The notes below the pieces were generated by a model. It was not told the DNA's origin, did no database searches, and saw only the letters and a list, made by a program, of their open reading frames with translations. A stretch of 64,000 nt of DNA, taken from positions 1,536,001 to 1,600,000 of the forward strand of contig CAXWPL010000005.1 in NCBI GenBank assembly GCA_963666215.2, written 5' to 3'. The DNA comes from Acidobacteriota bacterium. GTDB lineage: Bacteria > Acidobacteriota > UBA890 > WLXD01. The translations under genes were made by a program, and so were the position numbers. Below, piece after piece: positions 20,378-30,058 of this stretch (position 1 is its first letter; each line of letters opens with the position of its first letter).

Positions 20378-20636
20378 CCGAGCGGCGTGATTAGCAGGTA
20401 ATGGCGCCGCTATGGCAGCTATGCCGTGCGCGGCGCGGCGCATTGGCTGAACTCGGCTGAGCTAGTGCACAGCTCTGCCACGCCGATGGAATGAGGATCA
20501 GCTCACTGGCTAGGGAGTCGTGCGGTCGCTGCCGGCGCCGATGACCTTCGAGCACGAGGGCAAACAGTACATCGTCGTGGCCTTCGGCGACCGCACGACG
20601 AAGCCCGAGTTCATCGCCTTCGTGCTCAGGACCTAG
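20378..20636 (+). repeat. ~260-bp direct repeat, copy 1
   Basis: Near-identical to 22451-22715. The 3' part encodes APMTFEHEGKQYIVVA..* (PQQ-dehydrogenase-like C-terminus). Confidence 0.92.
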
Positions 20637-20771
20637 TAGGCGTCTGCGCGGCAGGAAACGAAACCGCACCAGTGCCCCCACTCTTCCGCCTTCCCGCGTG
20701 GTTTCTAGAATACCCATCCCTATCGCTACGTCGCCCTTCTTGCCTCGCGCCCAGGCTCATATAATCCAGCG

Positions 20772-22223
20772 ATGCCATTCTATCTCCAGGTCCACTCAGC
20801 GAAGCGCGCGAGTGGATCGCGACTCGCCTGTCTCGCACTGCTCTTCATCGCACTTCTAGGCGCCTCGTGCTCTACAGAGCCGGCGGTCGACAAGCCAAAC
20901 GTGCTGCTCATTACTCTCGACACCTTGCGAGCCGACCACCTTTCTTGCTACGGCTACGAGAAGGAGACCAGCCCCTTCCTGGACAGCCTGGCGGCAACGG
21001 GAACTCGGTTCGACGCGGCCTATGCAGCCAGCAACATCACCAAGCCATCGCACGCCTCCATTCTGACCGGCCTTTACCCGAAAAACCACGGCCTCCTGAG
21101 TAACAGCGAGGGGCTGCTCAATGATGCCATCACCACCTTGGCGGAATCGTTCAAAGATAGCGGCTACTTCACCTTCGCCGTCGTCGGTACCGATCTGCTG
21201 AACGACCGTCGTAGCGGCCTCGGGCAAGGATTCGACATTTTCGAAAACTCACCCCAACCTCAGCGCCGAGCGGAGGCAGTCACCCAGCTGGCGGTGGACC
21301 AGCTACACGAGTTGCCGAACAAACCGTTTTTCGCCTGGATTCATTTCTACGACCCCCACATCCCGTACAACCCGCCAAAGGTTTTGGTAGAGCATTTTTC
21401 ATCGCCAACACCCAACTCCGTGCCGACCAATCTGGAGGTAAGGCCATTTCGCGAGGACCAGATGGTCAAGGGAGCCATCCCTGCTTCATCGAGTCTGCCA
21501 GGCGTCACCGATCCAAGCGTTTACTCGGCGGCCTATGACGGTGAAATCGCCTACCTGGACTATGCCCTCAAGATCTTGTTTAACAACCTGGAACTTGTCG
21601 GTCGGCGCAACAACACAATCGTCGGTATCACGGCAGACCACGGCGAGATGCTCGGCGAGCGCGGAATTTTCTACAACCACGCCTCCCTCTACGAGCCCGT
21701 GATAAGAGTGCCCATGATCCTCGTGGCAACCGACCATCGACTGCCTCCGGTAGTCGAAACGGTAGTCGAGAACATCGACCTCGGGCTGACCTTGCTGGAG
21801 CTCGCCGGGCTGGAAGCGCCGAGCAATCTCGACGCCAAGAGCCTTATTCCCGCCTTGGCCGGCCGAGCATCACCAGCAACAAATCGAGCCTTCTCGCAGC
21901 ACTCCTACGACCTGTTGATCTCGCTACGCACCTCAACCGACACGCTAGTTCTTCCCATCCCATCGGCGGAAAAGATCATCGTGACCCCCTTCTCACGCTT
22001 CGATCGATCGACCTATCTACAATACGTCAGCGGCGAGCTGCCCATTCTCATAAGTAGCTCCGAGCCCGGCCAAAACATCTACTCAAAGAATCCCGAGCGA
22101 GCGCAGAGCTTGCAGGCAGACCTGGAAGACTGGTATGCGGAACGCCGGCAAACTCCAGCACCAATTCGGGGAAACCTGAGCGAAGAGGAAAAACGACAGC
22201 TGGAAGCTCTCGGCTATCTGTAG
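20772..22223 (+). CDS. Sulfatase-like lipoprotein (TxPSH motif)
   Basis: Lipobox GASC, NVLLITLDTLRADH, ITKPSHASILTGLYP..HG, PFFAWIHFYDPH.PY, ADHGE, LEALGYL. Confidence 0.9.
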   Translation: MPFYLQVHSAKRASGSRLACLALLFIALLGASCSTEPAVDKPNVLLITLDTLRADHLSCYGYEKETSPFLDSLAATGTRFDAAYAASNITKPSHASILTGLYPKNHGLLSNSEGLLNDAITTLAESFKDSGYFTFAVVGTDLLNDRRSGLGQGFDIFENSPQPQRRAEAVTQLAVDQLHELPNKPFFAWIHFYDPHIPYNPPKVLVEHFSSPTPNSVPTNLEVRPFREDQMVKGAIPASSSLPGVTDPSVYSAAYDGEIAYLDYALKILFNNLELVGRRNNTIVGITADHGEMLGERGIFYNHASLYEPVIRVPMILVATDHRLPPVVETVVENIDLGLTLLELAGLEAPSNLDAKSLIPALAGRASPATNRAFSQHSYDLLISLRTSTDTLVLPIPSAEKIIVTPFSRFDRSTYLQYVSGELPILISSSEPGQNIYSKNPERAQSLQADLEDWYAERRQTPAPIRGNLSEEEKRQLEALGYL

Positions 22224-22450
22224 CGCTCTCAGGGCCTAGCCCTGGGCAGAGGTTGGACGCACTCGACAACCGTGACACCGCGGTGTCGATGACGACCGGC
22301 GGGAACTGAGTCGGGCAGCAAGTCCGCTAGCGGCAGGAGCTGAACCTCGCACAGCCTCCTCTCTGACGACCGCCGCTGACTACCGGAACGGATCACACCT
22401 GAGGAGCACCAAGGCCAGAAATCCGATTGCAGAACTTGACGCACACAACT

Positions 22451-22715
22451 CCGAGCGGCGTGATTAGCAGGTAATGGCGCCGCTATGGCAGCTATGCCGT
22501 GCGCGTCGCGTCGCACTCGCTGAACTCGGCTGAGCTAGTGCTAGTGCACAGCTCTGCCACGCCGATGGAATGAGGATCAGCTCACTGGCTAGGGAGTCGT
22601 GCGGTCGCTGCCGGCGCCGATGACCTTCGAGCACGAGGGCAAACAGTACATCGTCGTGGCCTTCGGCGACCGCACGACGAAGCCCGAGCTCATCGGCTTC
22701 GTGCTCGGGACCTAG
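22451..22715 (+). repeat. ~260-bp direct repeat, copy 2
   Basis: Matches 20378-20636, with an extra CTAGTG duplication. Confidence 0.92.
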
Positions 22716-22863
22716 AGGAGCGTGTCCGAGTGTTCCTTCTGAGCCGTTCCCCGGAGCGAATAGGAAGCACCGCCCGGGTGCGCCGTCCTCGGCGCCAAAA
22801 GGCAACTAGCCGGGGCGCGCCTAGCGCAGGAAATGATAGCCATCATTTCCTGCGCTAGGCTAG
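22716..22863 (+). repeat. Interspersed CTAG-bounded repeat, B-type unit
   Basis: AGGAGCGTGTCCGAG..GAGCGAATAGGAAGCA..GTGCGCCGTCCTCGGCGCCAA..CAACTAG, then a perfect 19-bp hairpin (22819-22860). Confidence 0.9.
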
Positions 22864-24431
22864 TTCTCGAAGCCGATCGGCTCGATGTTGCAGATCGAGT
22901 AGGTCAACGGCGGGCGAGGACCCCAAAGCGGCTCGACCGTGATCGATCGCCAGTCTTCGATCTCCTCCTCGAGCGACTGGATCACCTCGGGGCGCTCACC
23001 CGCGAGGTTGTTCTGTTCGCGCACGTCCACAGATAGGTCGTAGAGGAAGCCCAGGGGCTCATCCTGGTTGGGCTTGATGAGCTTCATATCGCCCTGGCGA
23101 ACCGCAATGGCCGGAGACATGCGGAATACCAGACGGTCGTGATGCGAACCCCCACCCCCTTCCTCGAACAGCGGCAGGAGATTGTGACCGTCGAGGGCGA
23201 GACCCTCGGGCGCGGTCTGCCCCGCGGCGGCGATTGCGGTTGGCAGGATGTCGAGTGAAGACACCGGCGTGCTCACCCGGCTACCCGCTTCGATCGCCTG
23301 TGGCCACCGCATCAAGAACGGCACTCGCACGCCGCCCTCGTAGAAGGTGGCCTTGCCGCCCGAAAGCGGCTCGCAAGAGCACAGTCCCGGGACATAGCCT
23401 GCGCAGCCGTTATCGCCGAGGAAAACGACGAGGGTGTTGTCGGCAAGACCGTTCTCCTCGAGAGTGTCGAGGATGCGCCCGACCGCATCGTCGAGGGCAG
23501 CGATCATCCCGAAGTAGATGCGCAGGAGCTCGTTTTTCTGGTCCGGAAAGCGGTCGTAGTGCTCCTGGGTGACTTGAAAGGGCGAATGCGGCGCATTGAA
23601 CGCGGACTAAAGAAAAAAGGGCTCGTCTTTGTGCCGGCTGATGAAGTCGACCGATCTCTCACCGAATACGTCGGTGATGTACTCCGCCACTTCGCGGACC
23701 GTCCTCTCGGGCCCTTCGACGATTTGGTTGCCTCCGCTTCGGTTGGGCGGAGAGAGGGGCTCGCTTCCACGAACGAGGAGATCAGTGCGCGGGTCTTCAG
23801 GCGGTCTGGCACGAAGTTCGTCGTCGAACGCCATCGAATGAACCCCTTGCGAGAGCACATTGACGAATTGCGTTGCTCCCGAGAGATGACCGTAGAACTC
23901 GTCGAAGCCGCGATGGGTCGGATAGTGTTCGTCTTTGAAACCGAGGTGCCACTTGCCAACGATGCCGGTCGCGTAGCCGGCGCGCTTGAGATGATCGGCG
24001 ATCGTCAGCTCACCGGCGATGAGGCCGACATCAGGCACCTCGGGTGACTCGCGAGCGTTGTGCTCGAAGCCATAGCGCTGCTGGTAACGACCGGTCATGA
24101 GGGCCGCGCGCGAAGGCGAGCAAACCGGCGTGGTCACATAGCCCTGCTCGAAGATCGCGCCCTCTTTGCCGATGCGATCGATGTTGGGTGTCGCCACCCG
24201 GTCGCCGTAGGTCGAGATGTCGGCATAGCCGAGATCGTCGGCGAGGATCACGATGATGTTCGGTTGACGTGCCGGCTCCGGAGCCTGGGCTCTCTCCGCC
24301 GCTGAGGGATCCGACCCCTCGTTTGCGCAGGCGCTCAAGGCCAACGCGACAAGACATATCAACCCTAGACCAGCGTTTCCGAAGTTCGCGCCACCTATCT
24401 CGGCCCCTTCTGCCCGCTGGCAGCGTTGCAC
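22860..24431 (-). pseudogene. Formylglycine-type arylsulfatase lipoprotein with one in-frame TAG at 23607-23609
   Basis: PNIIVILADDLG, CSPSRAALMTGRY, GKWHLG, PFFL*SAFNAPHSP, GDNG, GGKATFYEGGVRVP in one frame. Start uncertain. Confidence 0.87.
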
Positions 24432-24650
24432 CTCCTCGACAGATTCCCAATATGCCTGCGTCGGCGCGCCTTGCCAGCGAACAGAATGACCTCGAGCTAT
24501 GCGACTCGAACTTCGGAAACGCTGGTCTACTGTCAGCGTTCTCATTTACAGTGCCTCCGCCAAATCCGCCAGGGGTCTACAGCCTCGGTGCGCTCATCGC
24601 GGGCCGCGCTTCTTTGAGTATACTACCGGCAACAGAGGAGAGGAGATCTG

Positions 24651-25199
24651 ATGTCGACCTTCACGCAGAGAGTGATCGGAGCCGCGAAACTCGACGTCGA
24701 TATCTACGAAGAGGTCGAGGCGGACACCAGCGCCATGGGTCAGGCGATGACCCTGGTGGTTCTGTCGAGCTTGGCGGCCGGCGTCGTGAGCTTCCGCGAG
24801 GTCGGCATTGTCGGTGTCCTAATCACCAGCATACTTTCCCTCCTTGGCTGGTTCATTTGGGCGGGTGTGACCTACCTGATCGGCACGAAGATCCTCCCCG
24901 AGCCGCAGACCGATTCGAACGTCGGCGAGCTGTTGCGCACCATCGGCTTCGCGTCGAGTCCCGGCTTGCTTCGCGTCTTCGGGTTCCTGCCGGCCGTCGG
25001 CTCCATCATCAACTTCGTCGTGGGCATCTGGATGCTGGTCGCGATGGTGGTGGCGGTACGACAGGCTCTCGACTACAAGGGCACCGGTCGAGCGATCGGA
25101 GTTTGTCTGATCGGCTGGCTCTTCTACTTTCTTGTGGGGGTCTTTGCCATCTTCATCCTGGCCGGCCTGGGTCTCGTCGCCGGGGACTCCGCCGGCTGA
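24651..25199 (+). CDS. YIP1-family membrane protein
   Basis: GAAKLD...YEEVEAD, LLRTIGFASSPG, AVRQALDY; about 5 TM helices; RBS GAGGAGG. Confidence 0.8.
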   Translation: MSTFTQRVIGAAKLDVDIYEEVEADTSAMGQAMTLVVLSSLAAGVVSFREVGIVGVLITSILSLLGWFIWAGVTYLIGTKILPEPQTDSNVGELLRTIGFASSPGLLRVFGFLPAVGSIINFVVGIWMLVAMVVAVRQALDYKGTGRAIGVCLIGWLFYFLVGVFAIFILAGLGLVAGDSAG

Positions 25200-25467
25200 A
25201 TAGCGCCGCCGATGGCCTGACGGCACCGGCCCTCGCTTACCGCGGGCGCTAGCGCCAACTCACGAAAGAACGCGCCGAGGAAGCGGTCCGCTGGATCGAG
25301 CTCCTGGCACAACTGGTTCCAGGATCGCGAAAGTCTCGTGCCGATCGATCGGGATGTCGCCTTCTTCATGGACGCAACACGGAGAGAGGCCTGGTGCCAC
25401 TTGCGAGGCCGACTGTGATAAACAGTCCACGACCTAACGACAATCTCAATCTCGAGGAGGGAACGCT

Positions 25468-26292
25468 ATGACAAGCATGGTGAAGGGGCAGGCCCGTTCC
25501 AAAAGCAGCGTGCTGGGCTGGGTAGGGGTTTCGATCGTGATCGCGGTGGTGCTTGCACTCGGCTGTGGCGGCGGCGGGGCGCCGGACGAGGGCGAGGCAG
25601 CCGCCGACGCCGAGGCGGCCGCCGACGTCGAGGCGCCGGTATCGTACCCGGATGCGGTGACCGCCGATCCGGATCACTACTCGGTGGAGTTCGAGAACGA
25701 TGCGGTGCGGGTGCTGCGCATCCGCTACGGCGCCGGCGAGTCGTCGGTGATGCACCATCACCCCCCGAACTGCGCGGTGTTCCTGTCGGACCAGCCGACG
25801 ACGTTCGAGCTGCCGTCAGGAGAGGTCGTGGAGCAGCCGCAGGGCGAGACCGGTCAGGTGACGTGCACGGACGGTGAGGACCATCTGCCGACCAACACCG
25901 GCGACGAGGGCCTCGAGCTTATCCTGGTAGAGATGAGTGACAGCGCGATGGCCGGCACGGACGCGATGCCGGAGTACCCGGATGCGGTGACCGCCGATCC
26001 GGATCACTACTCGGTGGAGTTCGAGAACGACACGGTAAGGCTGGTGAGGATTCGCTACGGGCCGGGCGAGACGTCGGTGATGCACCACCATCCGGCGAAC
26101 TGCGTGATCTTCCTGAAGGACCAGCCGACGACGTTCGAGTTGCCGTCGGGAGAGGTCGTGGAGCAGCCGCAGGGCGAGACCGGTCAGGTGGCCTGCGACG
26201 ACGCGGAGGCGCACCTGCCGACGAACACCGGCGACGAGGGGCTCGAGGTATTGCTGGTGGAGATGAAGGGGCGCGCGGCGGCCGGCGGGTGA
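25468..26292 (+). CDS. Lipoprotein with two tandem cupin domains
   Basis: Lipobox ALGC; two copies of PDAVTADP.HY.VEFEND.VR..RIRY..GE.S.MHHHP..H.P.N.G..E. Confidence 0.85.
   Translation: MTSMVKGQARSKSSVLGWVGVSIVIAVVLALGCGGGGAPDEGEAAADAEAAADVEAPVSYPDAVTADPDHYSVEFENDAVRVLRIRYGAGESSVMHHHPPNCAVFLSDQPTTFELPSGEVVEQPQGETGQVTCTDGEDHLPTNTGDEGLELILVEMSDSAMAGTDAMPEYPDAVTADPDHYSVEFENDTVRLVRIRYGPGETSVMHHHPANCVIFLKDQPTTFELPSGEVVEQPQGETGQVACDDAEAHLPTNTGDEGLEVLLVEMKGRAAAGG
25645..26265 (+). repeat. Intragenic tandem duplication, 330-bp period
   Basis: The long block starting TACCCGGATGCGGTGACCGCCGATCC occurs at 25645 and 25975. Confidence 0.9.
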
Positions 26293-26460
26293 GGCTCGGC
26301 GCGCGTTCTGGCGCGCTGTGTAGGCAGGCTAGCCCCGACAGATGCTTGCCGCAGTGCCGTAAAGCATCACCTTCCTTCGTCGTCGTCGGGGTGACCGGGG
26401 GGATACTAGGAAAATACAAGCCCTGTGTGGCACGATGAGGCTATCAACCGGGGGAGTACC

Positions 26461-27738
26461 ATGGACCAGCGCAAGGTCATCGCGAATCAAATTGCAGCGG
26501 TTGGGGAGACAGTCTTGTCGGCTTATGTGCCTCCCCCGCAACGCACGAAAGGGCAGCCGGCACCCATCGCTGCGAACGGAGGTTTGTCCTACATGTCGCT
26601 CGATCGGGGCGGGGATGCAGGAACTGCGGCGGCGACGGAGGCGGCGTTCACCCAGATTGCCGAGGGGCACGGGCGGGCGGTTATCGACATGCTCGACAAC
26701 GCTCCCCCCGGACCCATCGAGACCAAGTGGGGCGCCGGGTTTCGTCGCTACGCAGAGTGCCTGGAATATATTAGGGCGAACAACATCGAAGCTCCTGAAG
26801 GCGGCCTCGCTCTTCCGCTGCGCTACACCGTCCACGAGCAGCCGTCCTACTCCATCGTCTCGTCCAACGCCCTCTGGCGGGACCCGGCGCGTGAGGCCGA
26901 GGCAGAAGCATTGCGCAAGGAGGAGAAGGACATCGGGCGGCGATGCCTCTATTTTCCGCAGGTGATGCGCGATGCTCGACGAGTGGAGGAGTACTACCCA
27001 GGTCTGAAGCCGACCAGCCCCGAGTGTATGGACAAGCTTGGCCTCTCGCTGGCGCACTGCGAGTCCGAGTGCGCGAACTTCTACGACGCAGCGGAGGTGG
27101 AGCGCGTGTTCTACCCGGAGATCGAGAAGCTCCTGCTGGAGTTTTTCCCGGGCGCGACGGATGCGTTCGTGTACAACCACGACGTATTCGACAAGGACTA
27201 CCAGGGAGACCGCACCGAGGACCAGGACAACAAGAACCCCGGTGTGAACGCCAACTACGCCAACCTCGTGCACAACGACTTGAACGACAACAGTGGTCGC
27301 ATGCGCTGCCGCGAGCTGCTAACCAAGAACCTGCGAAACTTCGGGCGCGAGCAGCGCTATACGGAAGAGCAGGCCGACGCGAAGATGTCGCGGCGCTTCA
27401 TGTCGATCAACCTCGCCAAGCCGATAGAGACTGTGCGTCAGAACCCTTTCGTGCTCTGCGCCTGGCCCTCTTTCGTCGACCAGCCGTACATCACCAACTA
27501 CCGCGTCTACGATGACCGCGTCGGCGAGACCACCCGCTTCACCTACCACCCAGACCACGAGTGGTACTGGTTCCCCCAGCAGACGCCCAGCGAGGTCTCG
27601 ATGCTCAAGTGCTACGACTCTGTCACCGACGGCTCCGTCTCGCGCTGGTCTTTCCACACTGCCTGCATCGACCCGACCGCGCCCGACGATGCTCCCTGCC
27701 GCAGGAACGTCGTGGTCCGATCCTACGTCTTCTTCTAG
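26461..27738 (+). CDS. CmcJ/NvfI-family oxidoreductase with N-terminal extension
   Basis: FYPEIE.LL, VHND, YHPDHEWYWFPQQ.P.EV.MLKCYDS, FHTA..DP.AP..A..R. Confidence 0.75.
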   Translation: MDQRKVIANQIAAVGETVLSAYVPPPQRTKGQPAPIAANGGLSYMSLDRGGDAGTAAATEAAFTQIAEGHGRAVIDMLDNAPPGPIETKWGAGFRRYAECLEYIRANNIEAPEGGLALPLRYTVHEQPSYSIVSSNALWRDPAREAEAEALRKEEKDIGRRCLYFPQVMRDARRVEEYYPGLKPTSPECMDKLGLSLAHCESECANFYDAAEVERVFYPEIEKLLLEFFPGATDAFVYNHDVFDKDYQGDRTEDQDNKNPGVNANYANLVHNDLNDNSGRMRCRELLTKNLRNFGREQRYTEEQADAKMSRRFMSINLAKPIETVRQNPFVLCAWPSFVDQPYITNYRVYDDRVGETTRFTYHPDHEWYWFPQQTPSEVSMLKCYDSVTDGSVSRWSFHTACIDPTAPDDAPCRRNVVVRSYVFF

Positions 27739-27854
27739 GCGCGATAGACGCGCGCGGCGATGCCGTAGAACATCGCCTGCTTCTCTCGTCCTCCGAGAAG
27801 CCAGCCACGATCTTCCTTAAGCCGTTCCACAGCACGGGGTAGGAGATCGAGAGT

Positions 27855-27950
27855 TTGTCGACCGCGATTCGGACTTCTCGGCGGCAGTTTCACCGTGTGC
27901 ACACCGCTGCACTCGAGGATCTCCTTGAACATGTGGGCGTCGCGCCAGCG
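27855..27950 (-). pseudogene. Integrase-core transposase fragment
   Basis: FKEILECSGVHTVKLPPRSPN motif. Confidence 0.55.
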
Positions 27951-28017
27951 GAGCCTCGACCTTGAACTCTCTCTAGGGTACTGTCGAATTAGACCTCTGG
28001 GCGCCAGAGTCGACAAA

Positions 28018-29751
28018 ATGGACGACGGCCGTAGACCACCGCTTCCTCGGAAGCCGCTCAGGCTGTGGCCCGGCGTGCTCGCCGCGGCTCTGCTGTGTCT
28101 GTTCAGGTTCGTGGTCCCTTTCGTCTGGCCCGAAACCATGATTTTCGGGATCCTTGGCGGAGCCATCTGCTCGTTGGCGATCATCGTGTGGTGGGCACTC
28201 TTGAGTCGGGCACCAGGGCTCGAGCGTTGGGGGACACTCGGCCTCATGGTGATCACCCTCTTCGCGACGCGGCCCCTCCTCCACGAATCACTGGCGCAGG
28301 CGGGTCAGGGGATCTTGTTTTTCGTCTACGCTGTCCCTGCTCTGGTCCTCGGCCTCGTAGCGGGGGCGATGGCCGGCCGTCGCCTTTCCACCGGGGGTCG
28401 GCGCGCGACGATGGTCGCGACGATCCTGATCGCGAGTGGAGTGTGGATCCTCCTTCGGACTGGTGGCGTCAGTGGCAGCGGCGCATCGGACTTCGCTTGG
28501 CGCTGGTCGCCGACCCCCGAAGAGCGATTGCTTGCTGCAGCCGACGAGGATATGGCCCGGGTGTCGCCGACTCCGCCGGAGGGGGTTGCGGGCGCCGATT
28601 GGCCCGGCTTTCGCGGGCCGCATCGCAACGGCATCATCCGGGGTGTTCGAGTCAAAACGGACTGGTCCGCTTCGCCGCCGGTCGAGCTCTGGCGCCGGCC
28701 CGTCGGACCGGGCTGGTCGTCTTTCGCCGTCTATGGCGACCTGTTCTACACCCAAGAGCAGAGAGGCGGCGATGAGGTCGTGGCCGCCTACCGTCTAGCC
28801 AGCGGCGAGCCGGTATGGAGACATAGCGATTCGGCTCGGTTCTGGGAGGCGAACGGCGGCGCGGGTCCGCGCGCAACACCGACTGTCAGCAACGGTCGCG
28901 TCTACACCTTCGGCGCGACGGGCATCGTGAACGCACTCGATGCCGCTGACGGCACCCTCTTGTGGTCGCGCAGCGCAGCGGCCGACACGGGAGCCGAGGC
29001 CCCGTTCTGGGGCTTTTCGAGCTCGCCGCTGCTGGTCGGCGACATCGTGGTCATCTCCGCGGACGACGCGCTCGTCGCCTACGAGCTCGCCTCCGGCGAT
29101 CCGCGTTGGTTCGGCCCGAGACCGGTGGGGAGCGAGAGCTATAGCTCCCCACATCTGGCGACGATCGACGGGATCGAGCAGATCCTGCTGATCAGCGGAG
29201 CCGGAGCGGTCGGCGTAGCGCCGGCCGACGGCACGCTGCTCTGGCAGCACCCCTGGCCCGGTAGCCCCATCGTACAGCCGGCCCTGACCGCCGACGGCGA
29301 TGTCCTGATAACCATTCCCGGTGCCAGTGGTTCGCTCGGTATGCGCCGCATCGGTGTCGCTTACGCATCCGGCCGATGGAGCATCGAAGAGCGCTGGACC
29401 TCGAACCGGCTGAAGCCGTTCTTCAATGATTTCGTCATCCACAAGGGCCACGTTTACGGCTTCGACGGTGGCATTCTCGCCTGCATCGACATCGAGGACG
29501 GCACTCGTCAATGGAAAGGTGGGCGCTACGGTCACGGCCAGCTCGTCTTGCTGGCCGACCAGGACGTGCTGCTGGTGTTGTCTGAGCGCGGCGAGCTCGC
29601 GCTGGTCGGCGCGACCCCGGACGAGTTCACAGAGCTCGGGCGCTTCCCGGCGATCGAGAGCAAGACGTGGAACCATCCGGCGCTGGTCGGCGACATCCTT
29701 CTGGTACGCAACGCCCAGGAGATGGCCGCCTTCCGGCTGGCCCTCGAGTAG
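28018..29751 (+). CDS. Membrane-anchored PQQ-like beta-propeller (BamB-like) protein
   Basis: N-terminal TM helices, DWPGFRGP.R.G, LWRRPVG.GWSS, repeated A.D..G..W blades, TWNHPA. Confidence 0.85.
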   Translation: MDDGRRPPLPRKPLRLWPGVLAAALLCLFRFVVPFVWPETMIFGILGGAICSLAIIVWWALLSRAPGLERWGTLGLMVITLFATRPLLHESLAQAGQGILFFVYAVPALVLGLVAGAMAGRRLSTGGRRATMVATILIASGVWILLRTGGVSGSGASDFAWRWSPTPEERLLAAADEDMARVSPTPPEGVAGADWPGFRGPHRNGIIRGVRVKTDWSASPPVELWRRPVGPGWSSFAVYGDLFYTQEQRGGDEVVAAYRLASGEPVWRHSDSARFWEANGGAGPRATPTVSNGRVYTFGATGIVNALDAADGTLLWSRSAAADTGAEAPFWGFSSSPLLVGDIVVISADDALVAYELASGDPRWFGPRPVGSESYSSPHLATIDGIEQILLISGAGAVGVAPADGTLLWQHPWPGSPIVQPALTADGDVLITIPGASGSLGMRRIGVAYASGRWSIEERWTSNRLKPFFNDFVIHKGHVYGFDGGILACIDIEDGTRQWKGGRYGHGQLVLLADQDVLLVLSERGELALVGATPDEFTELGRFPAIESKTWNHPALVGDILLVRNAQEMAAFRLALE

Positions 29752-29816
29752 AGCGCTCGCTCCGGGCGCATGATGAGTGGGAACCAGCTCACTCAGCCGC
29801 TCCCCCAGCAGCACGC

Positions 29817-29945
29817 CTAGCCTCCAGAAATGATTCCTATCATTTCCTGCGGCTAGTTGTCCTTTGGCGCCGAGGACGGCGCACTCAGGCGTTGCTTCCT
29901 ATTCGCTCACGGAAACGGCTCAGGAAGAATACTCGGAACGCTCCT
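29817..29945 (-). repeat. Interspersed CTAG-bounded repeat, B-type unit
   Basis: Reverse complement of the units at 22716 and 42455. Confidence 0.9.
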
Positions 29946-30058
29946 GGCCCAGTCAAAGCGACGCAGTCCGTGTCCGTCTGGGGCCGCTGGTATTGCGGTC
30001 TCGAGTCGGTTCATGGGAGGTAGAATGCTCGACGCGAACCACCACCAAGGAGAGAACC

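Noticed and set aside
3985-23609. Genome-wide TAG reassignment (alternative genetic code)
   Set aside because: priA, accA, lptB and others end at TAG exactly at family-typical C-termini.
25250-25369. Short minus-strand stretch (CQELDPADRFLGAFFRELA) as a gene remnant
   Set aside because: Too short to assign without a search.
26428-26443. TGGCACG as a sigma54 promoter for the CmcJ-like gene
   Set aside because: The GC element is one base off the strict -24/-12 spacing and lies inside weak context.
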